The notes under the pieces: generated by a model
What the model was told of the DNA's origin: nothing
What the model saw: only the letters and a program-made list of their open reading frames with translations
Databases searched by the model: none
Assembly: GCF_044704955.1 (NCBI RefSeq)
Contig: NC_091986.1
Coordinates: 176,638,001 to 176,702,000 of the forward strand
DNA from: Pristiophorus japonicus
Taxonomy: Eukaryota
Direction of reading: 5' to 3'
Length of the DNA stretch: 64,000 nt
Shown: positions 1 to 13,400 of the stretch, piece after piece
How positions within the stretch are numbered: position 1 is the first letter of the stretch
Layout of the letters: every line of letters starts with the position of its first letter
Program-made: the position numbers and the translations under genes

Positions 1-147
1 TGGATGGCTTCGGTCTTACCAATGTATAATTGGAGGAAATTGCGGCTCATCCAGGACTGGATGTCTACAAACAGTCTGATAACCCAAGGCAGTAGAGGGG
101 CAGAGAGAGTTGGTGGAAATGTAGAGCTGGGTGTCTTCAACGTATAT
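1..147 (-). mobile_element. L2 LINE RT fragment (appears to resume at about 3790-3960)
   Basis: Similar to the L2 copy at 1305-1450 (tggcttcggtctt...gtagagctgggtgtc); L2-like sequence resumes after the CR1 tail. Confidence 0.65.
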
Positions 148-481
148 CTTCTAGAATTCCCTAGATTTTAGAATGGCCCCTGTGGATTGAAAGGTAGCAA
201 ACATCACCCCGCTATTCCAGAGAGGTGGAAGAAACAAAACAGGGAATTATTGGCCTATTAGCCTGACTTCAGTAGTAGGGAAAATGATAAAATCTCTATT
301 ATTAGGAAGGTGGTAACAGGGCACATAGAAAATCATAATATGATTGGGCAGAGTCAACACAGATTTATAAAAGGGAAATTGTGTTTGACAAATCTAAGAG
401 TTTTTTGAGGTTGTAACTAGCAGGGTAGATAAGGGGGAATCAGTGGATGTTGTGTATTTGGATTTTCAAAAAGCATTCTAT

Positions 482-2160
482 AACAACATTATGTATTTAT
501 ACAGCGCATTAATACAACATTATATATTTATATAGCGCCTTTAACATAGTGAAATGTCCCAAGGCGCTTCACAGGAGTATTATGCGATAAACATTCGACA
601 TAGAGCTGCATAAGTACAAATTAGTACAGGTGACCAAAAGCTTGGTCAAAGAGGTATGTTTAAAGGAGCGTGTTGAAGGAGGAAAGAGAGGCGGAGAGGT
701 TTAGGCAGGAAGTTCCAGAGCTTGGAGCCCAGGCAACAGAATGCACGGCTATCAATTATAATCGGGGATGCTCAGGAGACTAAATTAGAGGAGCGCAGAC
801 ATCTCTGGGGGGTTGTGGGACTGGAGGAGATTACAGAGATAGGGAGGGACGAGGCCATGGAAGGGTTTGAAAATAAGGATGAGAGTTTTGCAATCGAGGC
901 ATTGCTTAACCGGAAGCCAGTCAGCGAGCACAGGGATGATGAGTGAGCAGGACTTACTGCAAGTTAGGACATGGGCAGCCTGGTTTTGGATCACCTCTCG
1001 TTTACATATTGTAGAATGTGGGAGGCCAGCCAGGAGTGTGCTGGAATCATCAAGTCTAGAGGTAACAAAGGCATGGATGAGGGCTTCAGCAGCAGATGAG
1101 CTGAGGCAAGCGTAGAGGTAGGCGATGTTACAGAGGTGGAAATAGGCGGTCTAGTTATGCTGCAGATATGTGGTCGAAGGCTCATTTCGGGGTCAAATAT
1201 GACACCAAGGCTGCAAACAGTCTGGTTCAGCCTCAAACAGGAGTTGGGGAGAGGGATGGAGTCAGTGTCCAGGGAACGGAGTTTGTGGCGGGGACAGAAA
1301 ACAATGGCTTCGGTCTTCCTAATATTCAATTGGAGAAAATTTATGCTCATCCAGAACTGGATGTTGTACAAACAGTCTGACAATCTAGAGAACATGGAGG
1401 GGTCGAGAAAAGTGGTAGTGAGGTAGAACTGGGTGTCATCAGCGTACATGTGGAAACTGACGCTGTTTTTCCAGATAATGTCGCCAAGGGGCAACACATA
1501 GATGAGAAATAGGAAAGGGCCAAGGATAGATCCTTGGGGGACACCAGAAGTAACAATGTGGGAGCGGGAAGAGAAGCCGTTGCAGGTGATTCTCTGGCTA
1601 CGATTAGATAGATAAGAATGGAACCAGGCAAATGCAGTCCCACTTAGCTGGACAACAGTGGAGAGGCGTTGGAGAAGGATAGAGTGATCAACCATGTCAC
1701 AGGCTGCAGACAAGTCAAGAAGGACGAGGAGAGGGATAGTTTGCCTTTGTTATCATCATCATCATAGGCAGTCCCTCGGAATCGAGGAAGACTTGCTTCC
1801 ACTCTAAAAATGAGTTCTTGGGTGACTGAACAGTCCAATACGAGAACCACAGTCACTGTCACAGGTGGGACAGACAGTCGTTGAAGGAAAAGGTGGGTGG
1901 GACTGGTTTGCCGCATGCTCCTTCCGCTGCCTGCGCTTGGTCTCTGCATGCTCTCGGCGACGAGACTCAAGGTGCTCAGCGCCCTCCCGGATGCATTTCC
2001 TCCACTTAGGGCGGTCTTTGGTCAGGGACTTCCAGGTGTTGGTGGGGATGTTGCATTTTATCAAGGAGGCTTTGAGGGTGTTCTTGAAACGTTTCCAAGG
2101 ATGTCATTTGTGATTTTGATGAGAGCCGTTTCGGTACTATGGCAGGCGTGGACACAAGTG
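482..2160 (-). mobile_element. L2 LINE 3' fragment
   Basis: ORF 991-1713 has [10 protein letters not shown] and YADDTQ; ORF 785-994 has LADWLPVKQ; L2-type 3' end (tatttatatagcgcctttaac) at about 525-545. Confidence 0.9.
1753..2095 (-). mobile_element. RTE-clade LINE 3' fragment inserted in L2
   Basis: (ATG)n tail; ORF 1804-2064 with W..L..DR..WR and C-terminal CPTC...GSRIGLFSH. Confidence 0.88.
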
Positions 2161-3183
2161 AACGCGATAAGGGGCCACACATGAGGATATTACACAAAAT
2201 TAGGGCTCATAGGATTAGGGTAATATATTAGCATGGATTGAGGATTGCTTAACGGACAGAAAACAGAGTAGGAATAAACAGGTCATTTTCAGGTTGGCAG
2301 GCTGTAACTAGTGAGGTACCGCAAGGATCAGTGCTTGGTCCTCAGCTATTTCAATCAATATCAATGACTTAGATAAGGAACCAACTGTAATGTATCCAAG
2401 TTTTCTGATGATACAAAGTTAGGTGGGAAAGTAAGCTATGAGGAGGACACAAAGAGCCTGCAAAGGGATAAAAACAGGTTAAGTGAGTGGGCAAGAACAT
2501 GGCAGATGGAATATAATATGGAGAAATGTGAAGTTATCCACTTTGATAGAAAAAATAGAAAAGCAGAATATTTTTTAAAAGGTGAAGGACTGGGAAATGT
2601 TGCTATTCAGAAGGTCTTGTGTGTTCTTGTGCACGAATCACAAACATGTTAACATGCAGGTACAGCAAGCAATTAGGAAAGCAAATGGTATGTTAGCCTT
2701 TATTACAAAGGAGTATGAGAGTAAAGAAGTCTTACTGCAATCATATTGGGCCTCGGTGAGACCACACTTGGAGTTCTGTGCACAGTTTAGTTCTCCTTGG
2801 GTAAAGAAGGATATATTTGCCTTAGAGGAACTGCAACGAAGGTTCACTAGACTGATTCCTCGGATGAGAGGATTGTCCTATGAGAAGAGATTAAGTAGAA
2901 TAGACCTATTTTTCCTCGAGTTTAGAAGAATGTGAGGTGATTTTATTGAAACATATAACATTCTTAAGGGGCTTGACAGGGTAGATGTTGAGAGTATGTT
3001 TCCCCCGGCTGGGGAGTCAAGAACTAGAGGTCATAGTCTCAGAATATGGAGATGGCCATTTAAGACTGAGATGAGGAGATATTTCTTCACTCACAGGGTT
3101 GTGAATCTTTGGAATTCTCTACCCCAGTGGGCTGTTGATGCTCAATCGTTCTAGACAGAAATCAATAGGTTTTTGGATACTAA

Positions 3184-3736
3184 GCGCTAGAATTTCGGCG
3201 ACTCTGCGACTGGATTTTCACCACGATTTGACCCTCCATGGCGAATCCTAGTCAACGGGATCTTCGGTGACCTTTTTGCGGCGACGTTTCCACCTACCGC
3301 TGGAAAGAGGAGCGCCAACGTGCAACACCAGAAATAGCATTTGTGATTGATCTTTGGCTCTCTCGGGACCCGTATTCTGCACCCAGAATACCGACGGAAA
3401 AACCTGCATTGCAGCCCTGCCAGCAATGGTAAGTATGAAGACCTGCAAAAAAGGTAAGTTAAAGTTTTTATTTTTTAATTATTTTTCAGTGATTTAGTAG
3501 GTAAGGGTTTTGTGAATGTTTTATTTTGTTGCAATTTTTTTGTTGTTGTTTTTCCTTCTCCGCCCCCCCCGCCCCCGCAAAGCCTTTCTCGCAGTGCTAT
3601 CGGCCCTGGACTAAAGTTGCCGAAATTCGCAGTTTGCACCACGAATCCTCGTGCAACGCCGATTTTTACTGATGCGCAAATTAAAGGCCAAAAATCGGAC
3701 CTGAAAACGGTAATTTGAAAACCGAAATTCTAGCCC
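3184..3736. mobile_element. PIF/Harbinger-like MITE
   Basis: TIR gcgctagaatttcgg / ccgaaattctagccc; 3-bp TSD TAA at 3181-3183 and 3737-3739; removing it restores the CR1 3' end (ggatactaa-cggaatcaa). Confidence 0.85.
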
Positions 3737-3971
3737 TAACGGAATCAAAAGATATGGGGCTAGTGCGGGAAGGTGGAGTTTGGGGGTGTTGGTAACGGCT
3801 CGGGGTGAGAGGAGAAGCCGTTTCTTCAGCTGCTCTGTCTATGGTTTGATAGGTAAGAATGGAGCCAAGTGAGGGCAGTCTCACTGAGCTGGACAACAGA
3901 CGAGAGACATTAGAAGAGGATTCTGTGGTTGACCATGTTACAGATTGCAGAGTAATTAAGGAAAGTGCAAT

Positions 3972-4320
3972 GCACTGGCTCCCAGTCCCCTAACACCTCA
4001 GATTTAAAATGTTCTCTTTTTATTTAAATCTCTCCATGGCCTCACCCATCCCTATCTTTGTAATGTTCTCCAGCCCTACCTACAACCCTCCAGAGAACTC
4101 TGAATTCCTCCAACTTTCTCCTCTTTTGCATCCTGCAATCCCTTCCATTGGAGACCGCACCTTCAGCCATCAAGGCCCTAAGTTCTGAAATTCCCTCCCT
4201 ATCGGCACCTCCCTCTCTTTTTTTACAAACCTCGTTAAAACCCAAATATTTGACCTCTGTCTTTGGCTGGTTGTCGACTTTTGTCTACTTTAAAAGCATA
4301 TAAATGCAAGTTTTATTTTA
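3972..4320 (+). mobile_element. Old L2 3' end fragment
   Basis: cactggctcccagt (LHWLP-like) ... ataaatgcaagtt tail. Confidence 0.6.
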
Positions 4321-5112
4321 TTGTAATTGGCCTTTGTCGGTGCCTCCCTTAACAGTCTGATTGACATGGATAATCCTCGAGCGCGGACCTGCACTCAACC
4401 ACTTCACACCACAATATATCTATGTTGCTCAATGTACTATAATCTTATTAAAATAACAATTTCCTCTTTTTTGCTTATGTAAAAAATTCAACTGTGACCC
4501 TGAGGATAAATATTCCCCTGGCAGAATGTCACTAGGCCCAGATACTTACACAACCATTCATGTGTAAATGAACCCACAGTCACCTGCTGACTCAAACATA
4601 CAATTTCAAATCATCTTCAGTTACAAGGACTCACAAGGACATACCTCTTAACTGACAAATTAGAACCAGTCAGGCTTCGAGATGAAAAGTGTCCCTCACA
4701 AAAGTCCTAGAAATTAAACCTGTTGTATATGTAGGACATGCTTTCTGTATACGCTGCAGGATATTTGATTTAAATTAGAAGAATTGAATTTTTATCACAC
4801 TGGGCTGCATTGCATGCAAAGGTTCTCAGCAGTAAGCACTGAGAAATCAAAAATAGGATAGAAAAGACACTGCGAATCACTTTATTAAAAACATAAGTAC
4901 GGACTCCTACACACAACGATCTCAAATCAGTTAACTCTTTAGCAACTGAATTTCCTTGCAGCTTTAAAAACATACTTATATATTCTATCAAAGATTTTCT
5001 CGTTTCCTCATTTCATCAAAGGCAATAGTTTTCACCTCTTTTCTCTCCTTGCCTTTCCCTACCATTTTTTCTGCTGCAAAAAACAAATCCAGGTTAATTT
5101 CTATGGTTGTAA

Positions 5113-5528
5113 AATTAGTTCAGATTTCAGGCATCTACTCCAACAATAATTCGTATTTTTATTGCGCATTTAAGGTTGTAAAACGTCAAAAGGCGCTTTA
5201 CAGGAGTATTATAAGACAAAAGATTTGACACCGAGCCACATAAGGAGAAATTAGGCAGGTGATCAAAAGCTTGCTCAAAGAGGTAGATTTTAAGGAGCGT
5301 CTTAAAGGAGGAAAGAGAGGTAGAGAGGTTTAGGCAGGGAATTCCAGAGTTCAGGGCCCAGGCAACAGAAGGCACGATCACCTGCCTAATTTCTCCTTAA
5401 GTGGCTCGGTGTCAAATTTCTTTGTCTTATAATATTCCTGTAAAGCGCCTTTTGACGTTTTACAACCTTAAATGCGCAATAAAAATACAAGTTGTTGTTG
5501 TAGTAGATGCCTGAAATCTGAACTAATT
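5113..5528. repeat. Inverted duplication, about 150-bp arms (5113-5264 and 5376-5528)
   Basis: aattagttcagatttcaggcatctact...ggcaggtgatc is mirrored by gatcacctgcc...agtagatgcctgaaatctgaactaatt. Confidence 0.92.
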
Positions 5529-8500
5529 GAGCGATTATAATCAGGGATGCTCAAGAGAGCAGAGTTAGAGGAGCGCAGATATTTCCGGGAGGAGATTATG
5601 GAGATAAGGAGGGGCGAGAATCACGGAGGGATTTGGAAATAAGGATGAGAATTTTGATATCGAGGCATTGCTTAACCAGGAGCCAATGTAGGTCAGCAAG
5701 CACAGGGGTGATGGGTGAGCGGGACTTGGTGCGAGTCCGGACATGGGCAGTCAAGTTTTGGACGACTTCAAGTTTAAGTAGGGTAGAATGTGGGAAACCA
5801 GCCAGGAGTGCGTTGGAAAAGTCAAGTCTAGAGATAACAAAGGCATAGATGAGAGTTTCAGCAGCAGATGAGCTGAGACAAGGGCAGAGACGGCTGATGT
5901 TACAGAGGTAGAAACAGGCGGTATTAGTTATGCCACAGATATGTGGTCGGAAGCTCATTTCACAACGGTGTTTGCGGCGGGGACCGAAAACTATGGCTTC
6001 GGTCTTCCCAATATTGGAGAAAAGTTCTGCTCATCCAGAACTGGTGTCTAAGCTGGGTGTCGTCGGCATACATATGGAAACTGCCGCTGTGCTTTTGGAT
6101 GATGCTGCAAGTAGATGAGCAAATAGGAGGGGGCCAAGGATAGATCCTTGGGGGACACCAGAGGTAACAATGTGGGAGCGGGAAGAGAAGCTGTTGCAGG
6201 TGCTTCTCTGGCTACAATTAGATAGGTAAGAATGGAACCAGGCGAGTGCAGTCCCACCCAGCTGGATGACAGTGAAGAGGCATTGGAGAAGGATGGAGTG
6301 GTCAACTGAGTCAAAGGCTGCAGACAAGTCAAGAAGGACGAGGAGGATAGTTTACCTTTTGTCACAGTCACAAAGGATGTCATTTGTGACTTAGATGAGT
6401 GCCGTTTCGGTACTGTGGTAGGGATGGAAACCTGACTGGAGGGTTTAAACATGGAGTTGTGGGAAAGATGGGCACTGATTTAGGAGGTGACAACCCGTTC
6501 AAGGACGTTGGAGAGGAAAGGTAGGTTGGAGATGCGGCGGTAATTTGCAAGGGTGGAGGGGGTCAAGGGTTCATTTTTTGAGGAGAGGGGCGATGACAGC
6601 AGATTTGAAGGAGTTGGGGACAATACCTGAGGAGAGCGAACCGTTAACAACGTCAGCAAACATGGGAGCCAGAAAAGGAAGTTGGGTGGTCAGCGGTTTG
6701 GTGGGAATAGGGTCAAGGGAGCAGGAAACATAGAAACATAGAAAATAGGTGCAGGAGTAGGCCATTCGGCCCTTCGAGCCTGCACCGCCATTCAATGAGT
6801 TCATGGTTGAACATGCAACTTCAGTACCCCATTCCTACTTTCTCGCCATACCCCTTGATCCCCCTAGTAGTGAGGACTACATCTAACTCCTTTTTGAATA
6901 TATTTAGTGAATTGGCCTCAACAACTTTCTGTGGTAGAGAATTCCACAGGTTCACCACTCTCTGGGTGAAGAAGTTTCTCCTCATCTCAGTCCTAAATGG
7001 CTTACCCCTTATCCTTAGACTGTGACCCCTGGTTCTGGACTTCCCCAACATTGTGAACATTCTTCCTGCATCTAACCTGTCTAAACCCGTCAGAATTTTA
7101 AACGTTTCTATGAGATCCCCTCTCATTCTTCTGAGCTCCAGTGAATACAAGCCCAGTTGATCCAGTCTTTCTTGATATGTCAGTCCTGCCATCCCGGGAA
7201 TCAGTCTGGTGAACCTTCGCTGCACTCCCTCAATAGCAAGAATGTCCTTCCTCAAGTTAGGAGACCAAAACTGTACACAATACTCCAGGTGTGGCCTCAC
7301 CAAGGCCCTGAACAACTGTAGTAACAGCTCCCTGCCCCTGTACTCAAATCCCTCGCTATGAAGGCCAACATGCCATTTGCTTTCTTAACCACCTGCTGTA
7401 CCTGCATGCCAACCTTCAATGACTGATGTACCATGACACCCAAGTCTTGTTGCACCTCCCCTTTTCCTAATCCGTCACCATTCAGATAATAGTCTGTGTC
7501 TCTGTTTTTACCACCAAAGTGGATAACCTCACATTTATCCACATTATACTTCATCTGCCATGCATTTGCCCACTCACCTAACCTATCCAAGTCACTCTGC
7601 AGCCTCATAGCATCCTCCTCGTAGCTCACACTACCACCCAACTTAGTGTCATCTGCAAATTTGGAGATACTACATTTAATCCCCTCGTCTAAATCATTAA
7701 TGTACAATGTAAACAGCTGGGGCCCCAGCACAGAACCTTGCGGTACCCCACTAGTCACTGCCTGCCATTCTGAAAAGTACCCATTTACTCCTACTCTTTG
7801 CTTCCTGTCTGACAACCAGTTCTCAATCCACGTCAGCACACTACCCCCAATCCTATGTGCTTTAACTTTGCACATTAATCTCTTGTGTGGGACCTTGTCG
7901 AAAGCCTTCTGAAAGTCCAAATACAACACATCAACTGGTTCTCCCTTGTACACTCTACTGGAAATATCCTCAAAAAATTCCAGAAGATTTGTCAAGCATG
8001 ATTTCCCTTTCACAAATCCATGCTGACTTGGACCTATCATGACACCTCTTTCCAAATGCGCTGCTATTACATCCTTAATAATTGATTCCATCATTTTACC
8101 CACTACCGATGTCAGGCTGTGACCGGTCTATAATTCCCTGTTTTCCCTCTCCCTCCTTTTTTAAAAAGTGGGGTTACATTGGCTACCCTTTACTCCATAG
8201 GAACTGATCCAGAATCTATGGAATGTTGGAAAATGATTGTCAATGCATCCGCTATTTCCAAGGCCACCTCCTTAAGTACTCTGGGATGCAGTCCATCAGG
8301 CCCTGGAGATTTATCGGCCTTCAATCCCATCAATTTCCCCAACACAATTTCCCGACTAATAAGGATTTCCCTCAGTTCCTCCTTCTTACTAGACCCTCTG
8401 ACCCCTTTTATATCCGGAAGGTTGTTTGTGTCCTCCTTAGTGAATACCGAACCAAAGTACTTGTTCAATTGGTCTGCCATTTCTTTGTTCCCTGTTATGA

Positions 8501-11500
8501 CTTCCCTTGATTCTGACTGCAGGGGACCTACGTTTGTCTTTACTAACTTTTTTCTCTTTACATATCTATAGAAACTTTTGCAATCCGTCTTAATGTTCCC
8601 TGCAAGCTTCCTCTCGTACTCTATTTTCCCTGCCCTAATCAAACCCTTTGTCCTCCTCTGCTGAGTTCTAAATTTCTCCCAGTCCCCGGGTTCACTGCTA
8701 TTTCTGGCAAAGTTGTATGCCACTTCCTTGGCTTTAATACTATCCCTGATTTCCCTTGATAGCCACGGTTTAGCCACCTTCCCTTTTTTATTTTTACGCC
8801 AGACAGGGATGTACAATTGTTGTAGTTCATCCATGCGGTCTCTAAATGTCTGCCATTGCCCATCCACAGTCAACCCCTTAAGTATCATTCGCCAATCTTT
8901 CCTAGCCAATTCACGCCTCATACCTTCAAAGTTACCCTTCTTTAAGTTCTGGACCATGATCTCTGAATTAACTGTTTCATTCTCCATTCTAATGCAGAAT
9001 TCCACCATATTATGGTCACTCTTCCCCAAGGGGCCTCGCACAACGAGATTGCTAATTAATCCTCTCACATTACACAACACCCAGTCTAAGATGGCTTCCC
9101 CCCTAGTTGGTTCCTTGACATATTGGTCTAGCAAACCATCTCTTATGCACTCCAGGAAATCCTCCTCCACCGTATTGCTTCCAATTTGGTCAGCCCAACC
9201 TATATGCATATTAAAGTCACCCATGATAACTGCTGCACCTTTATTGCATGCACCCCTAATTTCCTGTTTGATGCCCTCTCCAACATCACTACTGCTGTTT
9301 GGAGGTCTGTACACAACTCCCACTAATGTTTTTTGCCCTTTGGTGTTCTGCAGCTCTACCCATATAGATTCCACATCATCCAAGCTAATGTCCTTCCTAA
9401 CTATTGCATTAATCTCCTCTTTAACCAGCAATGCTACCCCACCCCCTTTTCCTTTTATTCTATCCTTCCTGAATGTTGAATACCCTTGGATGTTGAGTTC
9501 CCAGCCCTGATCATCCTGGAGCCACGTCTCTGTAATCCCAATCACATCATATCTGTTAACATCTATTTGCACAGTGAATTCATCCACTTTATTATGGATA
9601 CTCCTTGCATTAAGACACAAAGCCTTCAGGCTTGTTTTTTTAACACCCTTTGTCCTTTTAGAATTATGATGTAGTGTGGCCCTTTTTGTTTCTTGCCTTT
9701 GTTTACTCGGCCTTCCACTATTGCTTTTTACCTTTCTACCATCTGTTTCTGACTCCATATTACTTCGCCCTATCTCGCTGCATAAGTTCCCATCCCTCTG
9801 CCATATTAGTTTAAACACTCCCGAACTGCATTCGCAAATGTTACCCCCAGGACATCAGTTCCAGCCCTGCCCAAGTGCAGACCGTCCCTTTTGTACAGGT
9901 CCCACTTCCCCCAGAACTGGTTCCAATGTCCCAGGAATTTGAAGCCCTCCCTCTTGCACCACTGCTCAAGCCACGTATTTATTCTAACTATCGTGCTCCC
10001 TCTACTCTGATTAGCGCGTGGCACTGGTAGCAATCCAGAGATTACTATCTTTGAGGTCCTACTTTTTAATTTAACTCCTAGCTCCCTATATTCAGCTTGT
10101 AAGATCTCATGGACAAGATAAGCGTGGAGAGGTCATGAGGGGAGATCAGAGAAAAACTAGAGAAAGATGCGAGTTCAGGGCTAGGGCTGGGGGTGGGGGG
10201 GGAACCTTGGAGATAGTTTGGCCCAGTGGGCATGGGGAAAGAAGGGAAGTGGCAGAGGCAACTGAACGGATGGTCTCAATCTTATGAGACAAAGAAGTCC
10301 ATGAGCTCCTAACATTTGTTGTCGGAGGAGAGGGTGGAGGAGACAGATGTTTAAGAAGACGGTTAGAAGTAGAGAATAGAAGCAGGGATTTTTCTTTGCA
10401 TTCCAGAATGATTCTAGAATAGTGAGCAATTTTGGCAGTGGAGAGCAGGGCCCAAAAATGCTTTGTGTGGTCCAGCCAGATTTGGCGGTGAATGGCTAAA
10501 CCAGTTGTCTGCCATATTCGTTCAAGTCTGCGTCCCTTGGACTTAGGGAGTGAAGATGAAGGCCGTACCAGGGGGAATGACCAGGATGAGGGAGTAATTG
10601 TTTTAATAGAGACTAGGGCATCAAAGGTTGTGGTGAGGATGTGATTGAACAGATCGGTAGCTGCAGAAATGTCATGGTGAGTAGGGGGCCAAAGGCTGGT
10701 ACAGTTGGGATTTCATAAGTGCAGTTGTAAGAGAGTTTGGAGAGATTTTTTTCCAGGGGCAGATGCAGAAGGATGTAGGGCCGGGAGAGTGGCTGGAAGG
10801 GGGATGTCGGTGGGGAGTGATACAAAGAAGTGTTCAGAGATGGCATTATCTGCGATTGACACGATGGGAGTAGTGAGGCCATGAGAGATGGCAAGGTTGC
10901 GGGAGTGACCGTGAATATGGGTTGAGGAGTTTACATGGAGGGAGGATAGGAGGCTAGTGAACTCAGAAGAGAGCAAGCATGATGAATTGAGGAGGAGTTT
11001 GAAATCACCGAGGATGAGAAGTCATTCAGTGCTGAGGCTGAAGGAGGAAAGCAGTGAAGATATCTCGGTAATAACATTTTTATGGTATTTGAGTGGGCGG
11101 TAGAGCATGAGAATTTTCGGTGAGAGGGGTGGAATAAGGCGAGATGCTCAAAGGAGGAGAAAGTGCCGGAGGACAGACCAAGGTGTAATTTGGTGATGAA
11201 TATGGGCAGGGGAATTTATAAGGAGGGAGAGATTTATGGAGGACAGGAGGGCAGTGAACTGAGATGATACAGAGTATGATGAGTTATGAAGGTTTAAATC
11301 ACCGAGGTTAAGAAGTCGCTCAGTGCAGAGGCTTGGGTAGGATATTAAATGGCAGGTGAGAGGTTTGGAACAAGGTGAGATTTCCAAAGAACAAGTTGCC
11401 AGAGGAGTAGGGAGACAGACCAAGGTGTGATTTGTGCCGGTTTGAGCGGGGCAAGTGGTAGAAGGTATAACCAGGAGAGGAGGCTTCATTTAAGGGTAAG

Positions 11501-11590
11501 GTGTCATCACCCCTTAATCAAGTTTCTGTCAGGGCCATGATGTCGATGCAATGATCCACAATAAGCTCATGGGTGGCAGGGACCGTGGTT
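5139..11590 (-). mobile_element. Long decayed L2 LINE interrupted by CR1 (6726-10110)
   Basis: ORFs with [24 protein letters not shown] and SCSLDPIPT; the L2 resumes at tctcatggacaag near 10106; endonuclease-like LGDLN near 11300. Confidence 0.82.
6726..10110 (-). mobile_element. Young 5'-truncated CR1 LINE (end of ORF1 esterase plus nearly intact APE-RT ORF2)
   Basis: ORF2 is in three pieces (8190-9818, 7297-8103, 6821-7315) with NARS, ETW, YRPP, GDFN, SDH, QGSVLGP and FADD; (TTTCTATG)n tail; DGLHL motif upstream. Confidence 0.95.
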
Positions 11591-12019
11591 CATGTCAGTA
11601 CCATTATATCGTTGGGCCAGCTGTAGGTGTGCATGACTGGTGGTTGAAAGGATCCCTGGGCAATTTTTTGTTGTTTCCGCAGACAGACCCGTATTCAGAT
11701 TTGTGAAGTATATGCTACAGGAAGATTTGAACTGATGTGTACTGTTTGGAAGTCCAATGTTGTATTATTGAAGTGACTGTGAATCAGCCATTAGAAATTA
11801 GTCTCTTACGAAGCTGAAAACTGTACAGTTGGTGTTTATTTCTGATGTATAAATACCACTCAACTGCTCAAAGGATTAGTGACATAATGAACTGTGTGGT
11901 TTGACTCTATAAATACAAGGAAAGGCTGAGGTGAAAGTTCAAACATTTGCTCAGAAAATTATTACGGTATTTTGTATTCATTGAAACTGTATTAATTTAT
12001 TCATAAAAATAATAGGTAT

Positions 12020-13400
12020 GGTTGTGAAGTTGTTATTTTACTGGACTAGTATTCCAGAGGCCTCGACTAATAATCCGGAGAACATGAGTTCAACTCACAA
12101 TTTGGCAGTTTGAGCATTCTAATTCATGTTAAAAATCTATATATAATCAATAAAAAAAAGTTATCATGAAACTTTTTGTTTGTTATAAAAACCAACTGGT
12201 TCACTAATGTCCTTTAGGGAAGGAAACCTGTTGTCCTTACCTGGTCTGTCCTATTTGTGACTCCAGTCCCACGATAACATAATAGACTATTAACTGCTCT
12301 TAAAGTGGCCACGCAAGCCAGTCATTTATATCCAGCTACTGCAGTCCATAATTAACAGCAATGTGGGAGCACCTTCACCATACAGACTGCAGTGATTTAA
12401 GAAGGCGCAATGCCCCCTTCTCTTGGAAGCTAGAGATGGGCAATAAATGCCACTTAACTGGGTGGCGGCGTGAGGGGGATGCTAAGAGGCTGCAGGGTGA
12501 CTTGGACAGGTTAGGTGAGTGGACAAATGCATAGCAGATGCAGTATAATGTGGATAAATGTGAGGTTATCCACTTTGGGGGCAAAAACGCAAAGACAGAA
12601 TATTATCTGAATAGTGGCAGATTAGGCAAAGGGGAGGTGCAATGAGACCTGGGTGTCATGGTTCATCAGTCATTGAAAGTTGGCATACAGGTGCAGCAGG
12701 CAGTAAAGAAGGCAAAATGGTATGTTGGCCTTCATAGCGAGGGGATTTGAGTATAGGAGCAGGGAAGTCTTACTGCAGTTGTACAGGGCCTTGGTGAGGC
12801 CTCACCTGGAATATTGGGTTCAATTTTGGTCTCCTAATCTGAGGAAGGACGTTCTTGCTATTGAGGGAGTGCAGCGAAGGTTCACCAGACTGATTCCTGG
12901 GATGGCCGGACTGACATATGAGGAGAGACTGGATCAACTGGGCCTTTATACATTGGAGTTTAGAAGGATGAGAGGGGATCTCATAGAAGCATACAACATT
13001 CTGACGGGACGGGACGGGACAGGTTAGATGCGGGTAGATTGTTCCCGATGTTGGGGAAGTCCAGAACCAGGGGACACAGTATTAGGATAAGGGGTAGTCC
13101 ATTTAGGACTGAGATGAGGAGAAACTTGTTCACTCAGAGAGTTGTTAACCTGTGGAATTCCCTGCCGCAGAGAGTTGTTGATGTCAGTTCATTGGATATA
13201 TTCAAGAGGGAGTTAGATATGGGCCTTACGGCTAAAGGGATCAAGGGAAATTGAAAGAAAGCAGGAAAGGGGTACTGAGGGAATGATCAGCCATGCTCTT
13301 ATCGAATGGTGGTGCAGGCTCGAAGGGCCGAATGGCCTACTCCTGCACCTATTTTCTGTGTTTCTATGTTTGACAGCCACATCCCAACAATGAATAAAAA
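12020..13400 (+). mobile_element. tRNA-derived SINE interrupted by a CR1 fragment
   Basis: tRNA-like head actggactagt...gagttcaactc; body ggttcactaatgtcctttagggaagg; tail gggcaataaatg then, after the CR1, ccacatcccaacaatgaataaaaa. Matches a recalled shark SINE. Confidence 0.65.
12456..13370 (+). mobile_element. CR1 3' fragment
   Basis: ORFs 12722-13027 and 13039-13254; tttctatg tail. Confidence 0.92.

Larger units (their letters stand above)
148..3785 (+). mobile_element. CR1 LINE 3' part, split by L2 (482-2160) and a Harbinger MITE (3184-3736)
   Basis: Degraded RT: the YLDFQKAF-type segment breaks near 481 and resumes near 2165 (DKVPH-like); ORF 2582-2935 has RPHLEFC...QRRFTRLIP. Confidence 0.85.

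Noticed and set aside
8713-9510. 265-aa plus-strand ORF
   Set aside because: It is the antisense shadow of CR1 ORF2.
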